From Octopus sinensis (Eukaryota), in contig NC_043011.1 in assembly GCF_006345805.1 (NCBI RefSeq), positions 32,004,464-32,068,463 of the forward strand: a DNA stretch of 64,000 nt. The letters run 5' to 3'. A program made the translations under genes and the position numbers. Of the stretch, positions 25,081 to 37,843 are shown in pieces. The notes beneath the pieces are model-generated. The model was not told where the DNA came from. It made no database searches and saw only the letters and a list, made by a program, of their open reading frames with translations. Numbering within the stretch: the stretch's first letter is position 1; the number at the start of each line of letters is the position of its first letter.

Positions 25081-25753
25081 TACATATATATCATATACAC
25101 ACACACACATATATATACATACATACATACATATCATACACACACAAACACACATATATATATATAAGTTCAAATATAGGTTCCAAACCTCATTAAGGGA
25201 TAATAAAATCCAATGAAAATACTGGTTAGTTACCTATTCAAAAAGCGTAGAATATTACAATTAATATTCAACTGTAAGGTAACAAGACAAACCCTGGTTT
25301 ATATATATTTCAAGAAGGTAAGAAAATAGAGAAATAATTAATAGTTGTTTATTAATTTTAAAAAATTAGACATCATCTCTGACAGCTGTTTTGATTCCAG
25401 ACCTTCAGAAATTAATTACCATAATTAAAACTATTTAAAAGTCAAATCTCATAATAATAATAATAATATATATTAATTAACCCTAACATTAAGTTCTTAC
25501 ATCTTTTAAGTTACTTAACTCCTTAGGTACTTCCTAAGTGTAACAAATCTTTTAGAATGTCTTTCACCTAAAATTAATTACTAATATTATTTATATCTAT
25601 TTGCTCTGTATTGCATTCTGTTTATGTTTCTAGTTACATATAACAAACTATCACTTGACTATGCAATAACATACTATATCTTATGTTATTAAGTTATTTT
25701 ATTTTATTTTAGGCTATTTGTATTTTCACCTCTACAATATTTAATTATATTAT

Positions 25754-26301
25754 ACAAGCAAAATGCCCTCCTGCCGTCCAATGGACAGTGCTGAGTTGTC
25801 AAACATTTAAACCAAATTTTCTCAAAACAACTTGTCTGACCGTCCCATAGGCCTCCCATTTGAGAAACACTGATTTAACCTAAATTTGAGACACCATCAA
25901 AAGAAGAAATAAAGATAGACTTTTTCTCTATTCCAAAGAAAAATTATTTTATTCACACAAATATGCAACTGAAGAGTTTAAAGTACCAGTAATGATAAGG
26001 CTGTTGACTGGGAGAACACAAACATGGTTTAAACAGTAAGCTTGGCAGGAAAGAAACGTGCCTTTAAGCAGTACAAAAACAACAAAAAATAGAAGGTTCA
26101 GTTATGTACAGGTTGATGGAAGAAAAGCAGGACAAAAACGGCTTTATAGATCGCATCTCACCTGGAATCGATTTTTGTAATTTTTTCAAGACTTATACAC
26201 TCCCTGATACCATCGGTATCTACATATCAAATTTGAGCGCAATCGGATGGAGGATGCTCAAGATCCGAGAAGACACACAGAACAGATTTTATATAAGAGA
26301 T
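25754..26301 (+). mobile_element. Possible Helitron/Helentron-derived non-autonomous element
   Basis: 5' acaagc...gccctcctgccg and 3' ...cacacagaacagattttatataagagat ends resemble HINE-like termini; a related 5' end occurs at 20871-20905. Assignment from end motifs only. Confidence 0.35.
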
Positions 26302-26689
26302 TATAACACACCCAAAGGAATGCACCTTTAACTATTGTCATTATTTTGATTGTATACACATTTTATCTTTAATTATAAGTTATTTTATGGATTTCCCCCT
26401 AATTTTTATTTTAATTTATACTTTATTTTTATTATTTAATTTTTAATTTCTATTTTATTCACTTATCAGATTACTAATATCAATTTACACACTGCTTATC
26501 TATAGCATTAGTATTGGTGCATAATACATTGTAATATATTGCAATTATGCTCATATACCTATTTTCTTTAATTTAACACTCTAGAAGGATATAGTGTGCT
26601 ATTCTTACTTTTATTAAAACTCCAATAAATATACTACCTTCCTCTCCTTTGTAAGGTTTATACCAAGTTCTTTATATATAAATTTTATC

Positions 26690-26904
26690 AGTTAACGGTT
26701 AGGAGCTGTATACTCAACAAGCAGGAATATGAACACCTAATTGTATATCTTTAGCTAACTCTGATGAGATTCAACTTTTAAATGGTTTTAATTATGGTAA
26801 TTATTTCTAAAGGTCTGGAATCGAAACAGCTGTCAGACATGATGTCTAATTTTTAACTTAATAAATAATTATTAATTATCTCTCCATTTTCTTATCTACT
26901 TAAA

Positions 26905-26910
<6 letters not shown>
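26690..26910 (+). mobile_element. Penelope-like terminal repeat containing a hammerhead core; inverted partner at 25302-25450
   Basis: CTGATGA-GATTC...GAATC-GAAA-CAGCTG-TC at 26761-26834; ~150 bp homologous inverted copy at 25302-25450. Confidence 0.6.
26755..26840 (+). ncRNA. Putative minimal type I hammerhead ribozyme
   Basis: Intact CUGAUGA and GAAA boxes, 5-bp stem II, palindromic stem III CAGCUG, GUC cleavage triplet; stem I only 2 bp canonical, so activity is uncertain. Confidence 0.55.
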
Positions 26911-26954
<44 letters not shown>

Positions 26955-27142
26955 TATGAAGTGTGATTTTATGGTTAGAAGTTTGCTTCCCAACCACATG
27001 TTTCTGGGTTCAGTCCCACAGCATGGAACATTGAGCATTTTCTACTGTAGCTTCAGGTTGATCAAAGCCTTGTGAATGGACTTGGTTGACAGAAACTGAA
27101 AGAATCCCACTGTATAGATGTGTGTGTGTTTGCACGTGTATT

Positions 27143-27173
<31 letters not shown>

Positions 27174-27581
27174 CTGTCTGTCCTCCACCACCACTTGACA
27201 ACTAGTGTTGCTTTGTTTACATCCCTGTAACTTAGCAGTTTGGCAAAAAGGTACTGATATAGAAAGTACCAGACTTTAAAAATAAACTGGGTCCTGGGGT
27301 CAATCAACTTGACTAAAAATGTTCAAGGCAGTGCCCCTGCATGGTTGCAGTCTAGTGACTGGGCGAGCTGGCAGAAACGTTAGCATGCCAGGCAAAATGC
27401 TTAGCGGTGTTTCGTCTGTCTTTACATTCTGAGTTCAAATTCTGCCGAGGTCGATTTGCCTTTCATCCTTTCATGGGGTCAATAAATTAAGTACCAGTTG
27501 CATACTGGGGTTGATCTAATCAACTGGCCCCCTTCCCCAAAATTTCGGGCCTTGTGCCTAGAGGAAAAAAGATCATATATA

Positions 27582-27617
<36 letters not shown>

Positions 27618-28359
27618 TGTATATATGTATGTATATATATACTTAGCGGTTTGGCAAAAGAGACCGATAGAATAAGTACTGGGCTTACAAAAAGAATAAG
27701 TCCCAGGGTCGAGTTGCTCGATTAAAGGCGGTGCTCCAGCATGGCCGCAGTCAAATGACTGAAACAAGTAAAAGAGTAAAAGAGATATATATATATATTG
27801 TTGAATTTTACAGAAAAACAAAAGACAAAGACAGGAGTATGAACAACAAGGTGCATTAGTTTGATGCTTGGGAAAGTGAGAAAGTCTTTTTATGTTTCGA
27901 GCCTATGCTCTTCAACAGAAAGGAATAAGAGAAAATTACCAGAAAGAATTAAAAAAAACTTGTGGAATTAGTGCTATACACACACACACACACAACAGGC
28001 TTCCACACAGTTTCTGTCCACTAAATTCGTTCATCACAAGGTAGTGATTGGCCCAAGGATGCTGTGCAATGGTGCTGAACCAAAAACCACTGAACCAAAC
28101 GCAGCCATGAGTTTGATTTCTAAATATTGAAAACAACCTAGCGGAAACGTCTTCAGCTTGAAGCTGGTAAACAATGAAAACCAAACATACTTGACATCGT
28201 TTTGCTTCCTTTCAAAGACATTTCATAAACATTATTATTGTTGGACCTATAATCTAAAGCATTCATGGTTAATATATTATATATTTAAGGTTTTCCTTCC
28301 TCTATTTGCCGTCCTTTCTATAGTCAACAGCTCAATTATCACGTGGAAATAATAAATAG

Positions 28360-28640
28360 GCGGTGATAACGACAATGATGATGATGTTAATGATGATGAC
28401 GATGACAACAATGATAATGATGATGGCGACGACGAAGTCGACTGTGATGACGATGATGAAAATTAGGAGATGGTGACGATGATCATGATGATGATAGTGA
28501 TGGCGGTAATAATGATCATGATAACGATGATGATGAGGATGATTAACATGACGACGATATTGATCATGATGATGATACCGACGGCAAATATGATGACGAA
28601 CACGACGATGCTGCTGCTGATGATGATGATGATGATATTT
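28360..28640. repeat. Degenerate (GAT/GAC)n trinucleotide repeat
   Basis: Direct reading. Confidence 0.9.
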
Positions 28641-29466
28641 ACCTTCTCTACTTCGACCAATAAAATTGTTTTCATCGTACATAGGAATATTGAATTTTAA
28701 GTGTAGCAGTATCGATTGTTGCCACACATTGTTACATAAATTACATGTAAATAGATTTTTTTTTTTTCAGTAGCAGAACACGTAATTAACAAAATAGGAT
28801 GCATTATCATTATTATTTTATTATTTTGTGTGTGTGTGTGTGTATGTGCGTGGTTTTCTGAACACCATTGAATAATCAAAACTATAGGGGCGGACATTGT
28901 ATTATAGTTTACCGAACCCGGAAATAATAAATTAATATTAATAGTCAGTCTCTCCAAGAAACTTTTAGAAATATGCTGACGTTGAAAATCTCATAAGAAA
29001 ATTTCCACAACGACTTTTAGTTGAATAGAATCCTCCCCCATAATATATATATATATATATAAATGAATAGCAAAGATGTATGAGTGTCATTAGTTCGTCC
29101 TAACAAGGTGCCTCAATTTAAGTACCCAATTCAACTGAATCTAAAATATATTATATATATATATATTCACACACACATATACACATACATATATGCAATA
29201 TACATGTGTACACAAGATGTGTCGTCATTAATTCTGCGCTAGCCCTGACACAAATCATTTAGTAACAATTGTCGTTGTTGACTAGGTAACACTAATTTCG
29301 CGTCTCGGAGAAAAAGCATTTTACAATCGTTTCCTGTCTCATTAAATACCTCTCATACACCCTTTCTTTCATTCTTCACCCGGACATAGAATTTCATTGT
29401 AATTTTACTTCCCGAACCCGGCTTTTTACCAGCATCTATAGATGAATGTCTTGACTTTTCTTCCAG

Positions 29467-29549
29467 AACTATCGTTATAAACACGCGGTTGACACTGCAG
29501 TGTTTCACGAAGTGTCAAACTTTGGCGTTTCGTATTTTCTCTCTAAAAG
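29467..29549 (+). other. Candidate non-coding plus-strand exon (5' UTR or lncRNA)
   Basis: ttgacttttcttccag| acceptor and AAAG|gtaagc donor; no evidence it joins TOPORS. Confidence 0.35.
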
Positions 29550-30408
29550 GTAAGCTTTTTATTATAACTTATTAGCTTTTATTGAAGTCATCCTTCTTCG
29601 AATTTAACCCTACCGTCTTATTTTCACCGTGAAATTACTTTACACACATTTATAAATAGGTACAATTATAACTATTTCATACAACGGTGCAAAAGACCAC
29701 AAATTTCATATTAGTGTGAGGGTAACTGTTATGATTATTATTATTTTCTTTTGGTTAGTGATTGCCTAGTATTGCCCGCCCCATCTTTGTTTATGTATAT
29801 AATTAAACCAACCAATAAATCAAAAAAGAAAATACATAATACATTAGTAAAATATTATATAGAAATCAAATACTTAGATACTTTTCGTTGGACGTTGAAA
29901 TATTTCTTGATAAACCTGATAAAACTTCAGTTACTTTAAAATCTGAAGGCCACAATTATTTATTTTATGATCATTTTGTTAACCCCGGAATAAAAGAAGT
30001 CATTTTAAATTATATCTAATAACCGTTTTTTACTTGGGCAAAGGACTACAAATATTCAGAAGGAAATATGATCGAGTCATCAACATACCTTTTGCAAATA
30101 AATTAGAGGCATTTGTGAAATGAAAAGTTACAAGTGAATGATGGAAAAACCGGGTCGAGGAGTCGTTTCTCCGGGAGCTTATCTCTTCCTCTTTTGTAAT
30201 AATAATAATAGTAATAATTATAATAATCACGGTGTGTAAGGCGAAGTGCATACACTAACTGAATCAATTCCGAGCATATTTTCTCGACCCAGAAGGATCG
30301 GGCATGCAAAGTTGACGTTAACAGAATCTTAAATAAAAATGTTGAGTAAAGAAAGTAAATGGTCAACTCGATGCTCTATCGATCGAAATAATAATAATAA
30401 TGGTTTCT

Positions 30409-30442
<34 letters not shown>

Positions 30443-31905
30443 CAATAATAATAATCGTGATGATGATAATAATCGGTCATTAGCCGAGAAAATATGTTAA
30501 TATATTTCTGGCAGTTATGTACCAATTAAAACAGCTGATCTATCCGGGGGTCAACTGTTGAACAAAGAAAATATAATGATAGACGAATGGTAGGAATAGC
30601 ATCTGGGGACAATATCACAGAGATAGGAGTAAACGATTCGATTACATCAATTCTAAATAAAGAGATTGGTAAACAAAGAAATATGTGTCTAAGCGAGGTG
30701 TGGAGCATTCTGCCGAAATCAGCAATCGTACACACACATCGGCATTTACACTCACTCACTTCTAGATTGTTCCGACTGGAAATGTTTTACTAACGCGAGA
30801 TTGGCACAAGTGCAACACTTTACTTTTATTATAGTGACAACGATTCGAAGATAAACCAGTCAGATGGCTGCATGTCTCAGTACTTACACTTCTTTATAAC
30901 GTGACTCCGCAGTCGCCATTGACGGGACCGATTGTGCTAAACATGAGCTCAACATTCGCTTGCATCGGATCTAAACACTTTCAGTAGCGAAGACATCAAG
31001 TGATTTACAAACAGTAGTCCTAGCCCGATATTTTGAAAAGCAAGAATTAATACAAAACCGAGTACTTCATAAAATATATTTCTTTACTACACATGTAATT
31101 TATGAACGGTCCCTTACAAACCAAAACATTCGTAGAAAAGCGATTTCTATTGGTCAATAAAAAGAGATTACCCAATCAGCTGCTAGTTTAGGAAGGAGTG
31201 TTTCCAACCTCTGTATAACATAACATGTAGAAGACTGGTTTAGATGGCATAGTCTTGACTAACATAATACAGTAAGTATTTCACTTCATTAGCATTTTAA
31301 TTATATATCTAAAGCTTTCTTTTCCCTGATGTCTTTCTCATCAGTTGAAATAGATCAGTGTCGGGTTAAAGCTGTTTAAAATATCAACTCCACTGATTCA
31401 TTAATAATTGGTGCTATGTTTTAAGAGTTTTTATTAACCCCCAGTATTATAACATATCACATAATAATTGTGTGTCTGTATTGAAATGTGAACTAGAATA
31501 AAATAAAAAAGAAAAGAAAATCGAAAACCAAAAAAATTAAACAGGGAAGAGTGCCAGGTTAAAAACGAACCCTCATACACTGGTTAACTTCTTTCTAAAT
31601 ATAAATATATTATTAACCTTAATGTCACTGGTTGTTGAACTGTTTCTGCCTAGCAGCTTTTATATTTATTTGATATTCTTTTGTTTGTCTGCGTTATGAT
31701 TCTAATATGTACCATATCATTTGTAAAGATCTTCGTTCTTAATACATTAAAAGACATATGCATATGAACACGAATTTAAAATGACAAAACATGCTATATA
31801 TGCAGGTCCCTGGCTTTATAGAAGACAAGTATGTGTATATATGTGTGTTTATATACAGATCTCTATATATTTGTGTGTATCTACCTATATATGTGTCTTT
31901 ATAAT

Positions 31906-31977
<72 letters not shown>

Positions 31978-32457
31978 GAGAGCAATATATAAATTTAGTT
32001 CTAGCTTCAAAACGCACGCGCGCGCACACCTTAATTTGTTTACTAATTATATTACGTAGCGTTTGATATATAACACTGTATTCATTATATGTGATGAATA
32101 AAGCCATTTCTCATAATGGAAAACCACGACCAAAATAACTTCTTCAAGTCACTCGATACATAAATATCCAGCTATCTGTAAGATTCACGTTCAATCTCTA
32201 TCAGGTTATCCACTGCAGTGCCCCCATTACCGTTTGACAAAACCCTAATCTTGAAACCTGTTTCGTTGTTGCTGAAATTCTTGGTGTTCTTAACGTGTAA
32301 AAATATATAAAAGCAATTTTTAGAACGGGTAACTACAGAAAATATTAACGAGTTAATATATTCACCCAGTCGAGGACTTTGTCATAGTCATTTTATAATT
32401 ATTTCTTGCTGGTGGTTGATAACATGTAAATAATAAATTGCCTTTTTCCTATTTCAG

Positions 32458-32702
32458 CTAGTTTAATCTCCTTTTCGAGATCGCTGCTTAAATTAGGCTT
32501 GGCCGGAACAGCTGCTGATTGAAACCTATTCGATGAGATCTGAATGTATCGGCTGTTGTTTAGCATCCAAGTTGACCTTTGATCAAAGGCGTTGCAATAG
32601 TGACCATCCGGTCTTTTGTTCTTACATAAGACTCCCTTTTTTTTTTGGCAACATCGGGGATCCATAATAATGACCGTTACTTAATTGGAGGGTTTTATTG
32701 AT
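32458..32702 (+). other. Candidate TOPORS 5' UTR exon
   Basis: cctttttcctatttcag| acceptor and GAT|gtaagt donor in unique CpG-containing sequence; splicing to 47816 is inference. Confidence 0.45.
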
Positions 32703-33551
32703 GTAAGTAGATGGGGTCATTAATTGTCCCACTGGTCAAGAAGTTAAGCCTCCTATAGAATAATTTCCCTGAAGTTCTTGTACGAACACCAAGCAACTAA
32801 GATGGATTGTGACATATACAATATGTTGTCTTGAACAGAAGCACCGCAAAATACCTGATGCGGAGTTCATTCACCCCATAACTATGAATTGGTATCACCA
32901 ACTTATGGGTCATCAGAATTATTTACCTATATTTCACCAACAGATCCTCTCCATGGGTTTTTGCTATGCTAGAAATACCAGCCAGATCTCCCTTAAATCA
33001 CTACCATCTTAAACCTGGAAGGACACTTTATATAACATAGCCCTATAATGTTCCTAAAGAGATACGACAGTCATGGTTCAAGTGCCCTTGATCATAGGTT
33101 TTCTTCAATCACGGTTGACCTGGTGTTAAGCAGCAGTGACCTATAAATTTTTTTTTTGGGGGGGGGGGAATCCAATTCGCATTGACTGTATGTGTGTCTG
33201 ATGTGTAATGAAAGCACAGGTGTGGCTATGTGGTAAGAAGTTTGCTTCACAACCGAATGGTTCTGGGTTGTGTCCCACTCTGTGGCATGTTGGGTAGTTG
33301 CTTTCTATTATAGCCCCAGGAAGAGCATCCAGCTGTAAAAACCTTTCCAAAATTGACCTTGCCTGTGCTGATGCCACATAAAACATGCTCAGTCCATTCT
33401 GTAGGGTAGTTCATGTTAGGAAGAGCATCCAGCCCTAAAAACCATGCCAAAACAGATACAGAAGTCTGGTGCACTCTTCTGTTTGGCCAGCTCCTTTCAA
33501 ACTGTTCAACCCATGCCATTATGAAAGACAGACATTAAATGATGACGGTGC

Positions 33552-33586
<35 letters not shown>

Positions 33587-34619
33587 GTACGTACATACAT
33601 ACATACAATGAAAAAATCGTATAAATAAAGCACTTTAAAAGCTACCTTGTACCGAATATTTAAATTTGTGAACTTAGTAAATGTTTCTTTCAGTAATTTA
33701 TCGTAGTTGTTAACAAACATTGATCATTAAAACAGAGAATGAGATACTTTGCTGTTTTTACATGAATACCGAAAGTTGACGTTGAGAAACGTTTTTAAAG
33801 AAGTGAATCATAAATATAAAGCAATTTTTTTTTTTAATATAAAACATCAAATGAAGAGTCTAACATGTGTCCGAGGTTAAATTATTCATGCATCACAAGT
33901 ATGGAAGCTATTGGTGAAGCCATTTTCACATGAAAGCGATTACACATACATCTCTATTTTATATATTAGATTATGTGTGTGTGTGTGTGTGCATGTCTCT
34001 TTGTCTTGGCATCACATGATTGTCGCTGTCATATGAGAAGTGTAATTACCAGTATTCTCCAAGAACATGTTTCACCATGGGAAAATAACACCTTGCTTGA
34101 AAGCAGTGAGGGTTGGCAACAGGAAGGGCATCTAGCTTTAGAAATTTTGGTTCAGTAAACCTTATCCAACCCATGCAAGCATGGAAAAGTGAATGTTAAA
34201 ATGATGATGATGAACGCTTAGTAAATTATCAAGGAGCTATCCTTGACTCAATTTTAAGCCCAAATATTATTTTGAAAATGTGCTGCATATCAGATTTTGT
34301 TTTTGTATAGCTTCAGATCAGCTTTCTGATTAAGCAGATCTGTAATCATAAATGCTCCATCCATAGTTATGCTACCTTTTCTTTTAGATATAATGCATCT
34401 AGTACTTCATCCAATGTCTGGTGGATATATCATCATCTTCATCATTTGACGTCTACTCTTCCAAGCCTGCATGACCAGCTGGAATCTGTGGGGGCAGATT
34501 TTTCTACAGTCAGATGCTCTTCCTGTCACCAACCCTCATCTGATTCAAGGCAAAGTGATATATTCTATGGCCAGTCATGTTTTCTATGAAAGGCTGGAAA
34601 TGAACAATGTTGGTGATAT

Positions 34620-34840
34620 TTATTTACAACCATCATGTGCAGGTGGCACGTAAAAAGCACCCACTACACTCACGGAGTGGTTGGCGTTAGGAAGGGCATC
34701 CAGCTGTAGAAACACTGCCAGATAAGACTGGAGCCTGGTGCAGCCTTCTGGCTTCCCAGATCCCCGGTCGAACCGTCCAACCCATGCTAGCATGGAGAAC
34801 GGACGTTAAACGACGATGATGATGATGATGATCATGTGAT
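34620..34840 (+). mobile_element. (GAT)n-tailed RTE-type 3'-end element (representative copy)
   Basis: ggcacgtaaaaagcacc...ttggcgttaggaagggcatccagctgtagaaac...ccatgctagcatgg...gatgatgat. About 13 copies, e.g. 14340-14560, 15500-15830, 37340-37560, 42960-43410, 44690-45040, 55960-56380. Confidence 0.8.
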
Positions 34841-37800
34841 GTCAGGACAAGAGTACAGACACATGCAAGCACACATACACATAGGACCGGCTTCTTTCAG
34901 TTTCCTTCTGCCAAATCTGCTCACAAAGCTTTGGTTGGCCTGGAGCTATAGTTGAAGATACTTGCCCAAGGTGCCTCACAGCTGGACCTGAACCCACAAA
35001 CCATGAAGATAGGAAGCCCTCTCCTACAACAATACACGTGTGTGTGTAATCAAGGACTTGGATTTATTTACACAAAATAGGAGTTATGTTAATACATGCT
35101 CACAAGTAAGCCATGTGTTATCTCCAATCTTCAAATATGTGGAAAAGGATATTTGTTTATGCTATAGATAGATTCAATCACTTGACCTTCTGTGATAAAA
35201 AGTATTTATCAATGAGGAAGAAACTTTGCTGACCATCTTCCTAGAAATTTCACTGGCTTTCTCAGTTTTTGTGCAATTTAATGAACTGAGGCTTATAAAA
35301 CTAAATGTTCTGTTTAGAAAAGCAACTTCGACACATTCGAGATCTATCACAGGTATGACTGTGTAGTAAGGAGATTGCTTCCCGGCTACGTGGTTCCAGG
35401 TTCAGTCCTACTGCGAGACAACTCAAATAGGTTTCTTCTACTTTGGCCCCAGGTCAACCATAACCGTGTGAGTGGATTTGGTAGGCAGAAACTGAATGAA
35501 GCCCATCATGTGGGTGTGTGTGTGTATGTTTGTCTCCCATCACCAGTTAACAACTGGTGTTGGTTTGTTTACGTCTGTAACTTAGAAGTTCGGTAAAAGA
35601 CACAGATAGATTAAGAACTAGGCTTTAAAAAATAAGTGCTGGAGTTGATTCAACGAAAACCCTTCAAGGTGATACCCAAGTATGGCCACAGTCTAAAAAC
35701 TGAAACGAGAGATAAAATATTATTGTTCAAGACCTAAGGTATTTCGCTTCATAGCCTCAATTTTGTTTTCATTAAAAGAACTATTCTATGTTCCAGAAAC
35801 TTCTGATTGCGATTGGAAAATTTGATTGAAGATTAGATTTAACGTAATACAAATCATTATTATCACCATCATCATCTTCCATCAGACTTATTATTAACTC
35901 CATCTTTATCTTTAACTTAATATCTATTTCTTTTGCAGCTTTTATCGTTTTGTTTTTTTACGGATGTTAGATAAACCAACTGTTCATTTATATAATACTT
36001 TTTGTCTTGTTCCTATGTCATTTATAAATTTATAAAGTCAAACTTTGTAAGCTCTGAGCTAAACATAATGTCATTCAGTTTATTTTGGGCATATTCAATC
36101 TCATATCCTACTTCAAATGCAGAGACTTATAAACTGATTGTTTATAGGTCTCTATAAACAATTATGTAATGCTGAAATTTGTCCAGATTTTTCAAGTCTT
36201 GAAAACAGCCATGTTTTCATGTGTTAATCTTCAAAATTTGAACTCTAAAGGCTTATTTAAAAAGCAAACATAACCTCTTTGATGCAGTTCTGGCAGTTTC
36301 AAGGGTTACACGGCCCACAACTCTCCCCTTCAGTTAGGGAGGTGCTTCATAATGAATATTTTCTGTGCAGTTTGTGCATCTAAACTGAATCTGGGTTTAG
36401 CTACATATGCATCACACCATATGCATCAAATGTTTGGAACAATTTCAGAAGATAGTAAATAGAATTGTTATCAATACCCATGTGGCTGATATCAAATGGT
36501 CATTTGCTGGCCTCCTTCTCACCTCAATACCATTTCTACAACACAAGATATGTTTTTTCATTAGACTTATTAATTTGAAGGACCTTTGGTTTAAGATTAT
36601 CCTTCCAAGCAAAGATTCTTTAGATGGTCTTTCTCAAACTTTAGTCAGAACTGTTAAATTATTAGCATTGAGAAGGAAATCCATCTCTGAAAACAAATGG
36701 CTATTTTTCATAACAATGATAAGGGTTTCATAATTGACTCTTGATGCATAACAACGTTTAAACCAAACTCAAAGTTTGACATTTATTCACACAAATGTGC
36801 TTTTGCTAAGAGAGTTCTTTTGTGATGATGAGGCTAAGCAATTTGTAGTAATCTTGAGGGATCTAGTTGCTTGATGTTTGATGGAAGGAGATGTTTTTCT
36901 TGATTGGCACAACTTCATTGTGGGATGTTTTAGAGATATCTGTTCATGGAATCAATGCACGTTTAATATGAAGTGACTCTGTTGCAATTGGATGACACTT
37001 GAGTGTGGGATACTTGAAAGGAATGAAGAGCAGTATCATCTGCATGCGATAAAGGGATTAAAAAAAAAAGACAGCAGAAATGCATCATGTAAATTTTGTG
37101 ATTTTTACGTAAAAAAAATAGATGTGTGTTGGAGGTGACTGTAGGTCATTGATGTAAAGAAGAAAGAGTCATTATCATTATCATCATCATTTGAATATCA
37201 TCTTATCCATGCTTGCATGGGTGGAATGGATTTTATTGAGGTATATTTTCTATGGCTAGATGCCTTTCTTGTCACAAGCTCACACCTTGTGCTGAAACCT
37301 TATGCTTGAGAAGTATACCTTTATAAAAACGTAGCCATCATCATTTAATATCCATTTTCCATGCTGACATGGGTTGAATGGTTTGGCCAGAACTGGCAAG
37401 CTGGAGAGCTGCACCATGCTCCAGTCTGATTTGACATGGTTTCTCTGGCTTGATGCCTTCCCTAACACCAACCACTTTACAGAGTGTGCTGGGTGCATTT
37501 ACATGGCACTGCATGAGCACTTTTATACATGACACCACTACAGGACTCTTGCAGGCCAATTTTCTTCACGAGGAGGAGCAGCCTTAAAACTTCTGCTGGG
37601 GTGTAACTGAACCTTGGTAAACACCAGAATTCACTACATTTCTACTATGAATTTTACTTCATCATTTGCTCAGAAAACTCTGAAAAAATTTTCAAGTTGA
37701 CTCAATTAAAACTAGAATAATTTGTTTTCATTCTCCACATTTTTGACATCTTCAGTTGCAAGTCTTTGTAGTTGTTTATTTTTTGCAGTTTCTTGCCTTA

Positions 37801-37843
37801 TGTGTGTGCAAAATTCTAGTTAGATGACAGTGATATCTATTAA

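Larger units (their letters stand above)
28700..32720. promoter_or_regulatory. Putative divergent promoter zone between ERCC6L2 and TOPORS
   Basis: Visibly CpG-richer, only old SINE relics. CCAAT boxes at ~31150 and ~31171, E2F-like TTTCGCG at ~29296, YY1-like CGCCAT at ~30915. Strong donors on + (29550, 31272, 32703) and - (30088, 28642). Confidence 0.5.

Noticed and set aside
28332-28727. His-rich 131-aa ORF
   Set aside because: Derived from a (GAT)n repeat; a donor site at 28642 precedes the His run.
29489-29518. Iron-responsive element (CAGTGT in a hairpin)
   Set aside because: The 5-bp upper stem flanking CAGUGU does not pair, so IRE geometry is absent; only an 8-bp outer inverted repeat remains.
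36400-37000. Coding-like unique segment with a 108-aa ORF
   Set aside because: No motif recognised on either strand; the minus frames are riddled with stops. Probably an unidentified decayed element; blastx would be needed.
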